A stretch of DNA of 9,009 bases, taken from the NCBI RefSeq assembly GCF_006345805.1, contig NW_021828174.1, forward strand, positions 1 through 9,009. The letters run 5' to 3'. Both the position numbers and the translations under genes were made by a program. The notes under the pieces were generated by a model. It was not told the origin of the DNA. It saw only the letters and a list, made by a program, of their open reading frames with translations, and ran no database searches. Below are positions 8,039 through 9,009 of the stretch, one piece after another; within the stretch, counting starts at the first letter, position 1, and the number at the start of each line of letters is the position of its first letter. Source of the stretch: Octopus sinensis (lineage: Eukaryota).

Positions 8039-8059
8039 TATATATATATATATATATAT
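8039..8059. repeat. (TA)10 microsatellite bounding the array on the right
   Basis: Read directly from the sequence. Confidence 0.95.
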
Positions 8060-8435
8060 CTCAGGGGCGATTCCAGGTCATCAGCGTCACACGGGCTCAT
8101 CACAGTCTTCGTATGTATAAGACACATTTCTACTCGACGTATTTCACGTTTTCGCGCTTTATTTCTAGCCCCAAATGGCTTATTTTTTTTACATCTAACA
8201 CTATGTCTTTCTCCGTTTCTAAGTTAAAGATTAAAATAAAGCAACCCTGCAAACACAACTGATCTTTGCGCACAGATGCACAGAATAAGAGCAATGAAAT
8301 TACGACAGCGGAGTGCACAAGCAAACATCAGCGATCTGACTGTCGCTTGTAATCTTGACAAGAGATGCCAGTTTGTCTTTTACACCTACCAGGCTCGTTC
8401 CTATTAGCCCGAGTTGCTCGATAAATTTTCGTTCC

Positions 8436-8817
8436 GGATCTTTTCTGTTTGAACGGCAGTTTTTTAAAGTAATTTCCACGTAACTAAACACTTTTAAACT
8501 TCGTATAATGGTAGAATGTGTTTATAAAACATCTTTTTCTCTTGGCTTTATTGAGAAAATTCTATAGTATGTAAGATATTTGTTGTTTTTTTCTACAATT
8601 TCTGCGATTTCAACCAATCAATGACGTCTATTGAGGTAAAAAAAAACATTCTGTGCCGTATGAATATGTCCCTCGTTTAAGATTGGGTTTATTTACATTT
8701 CTGAAGAAAAAAAGATACCCTTCCCCCCATCCCTAACCCTAACCCTAACTAACCCTAAAACATATCGAAATGCAATAGATCGATACTAGGGTCATAACTA
8801 TGGGTGACAATTTCATA
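8436..8817. mobile_element. Probable non-autonomous DNA transposon (MITE-like), one terminus visible
   Basis: Starts GGATCTTTTCTGTTTGAACGGCAGTTTTTT (8436-8465), which I recall as a terminal inverted repeat of an abundant octopus element. It contains telomere-type repeats. No matching right TIR is present in the window. Confidence 0.4.
8731..8758. repeat. Short interstitial telomere-type repeat (CCCTAA)n
   Basis: ccctaa x3, ctaa, ccctaa. Confidence 0.85.
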
Positions 8818-8953
8818 TAACGTTCCTTTAAGAATATTACAGAACGGAAACTTTTCATGGATTTGAATTTAAATATTAATCTCTCAAAAAATTTATAGTT
8901 TCAAGAAAATATTGTATTTGAATTAATTTTAATTTTTACGATTATTGATAACA

Positions 8954-8981
8954 ACTCGGGCTGTAACTTCTGAGCCCGAGT
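8954..8981. other. 9-bp perfect hairpin
   Basis: ACTCGGGCT (8954-8962) and AGCCCGAGT (8973-8981), with a 10-nt loop. Confidence 0.7.
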
Positions 8982-9009
8982 CAGGCGCGTGTGAACGATG
9001 TCGAGAGAA

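Larger units (their letters stand above)
5152..8039 (+). mobile_element. Hammerhead-bearing ~545-bp tandem repeat, right block in inverted orientation (5 full units plus partials; ribozyme sense = plus)
   Basis: The anchor ttttatataat occurs at 5216, 5761, 6305, 6847, 7391 and 7932 (periods 545, 544, 542, 544, 541). It is the reverse complement of the left block and ends mid-unit at 8039 in (TA)n. Confidence 0.75.

Noticed and set aside
4028-8039. 5S rDNA, snRNA or tRNA gene array
   Set aside because: No 5S, U-snRNA or tRNA cloverleaf sequence was recognised in the unit on either strand.
8060-8140. Extra CTGATGA (minus, 8084-8078) as another hammerhead
   Set aside because: There is no downstream GAAA, and no consistent stems I and II could be built in type I, II or III topology.
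8130-8491. Short minus-strand ORFs right of the array
   Set aside because: No recognisable motif, and they partly overlap the MITE-like repeat.

Overview
AT-rich eukaryotic, repeat-dominated DNA with no intact host gene, rRNA or tRNA visible. The SINE and MITE-like repeats resemble octopus/cephalopod repeats as I recall them; this is unverified without a search. Left part: a decayed LINE-type ORF1 (minus), microsatellites, tRNA-derived SINEs, a degenerate Penelope-like (PLE) reverse transcriptase fragment missed by the ORF track (3330-3599, minus) and a composite (CA)n(TA)n minisatellite. The centrepiece is a very young array of ~545-bp units (4028-8039) bounded by (TA)n runs. It has two units in one orientation and five plus partial units in the other, giving a ~1.1-kb-arm palindrome. 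Every full unit carries an identical 52-nt minimal type I hammerhead-ribozyme-like motif with a palindromic stem III. This suggests a retrozyme- or PLE-pLTR-like element, possibly integrated by twin priming from a multimeric or circular RNA. Ribozyme activity, transcription and the reality of the inversion (versus an assembly artefact) are untested.
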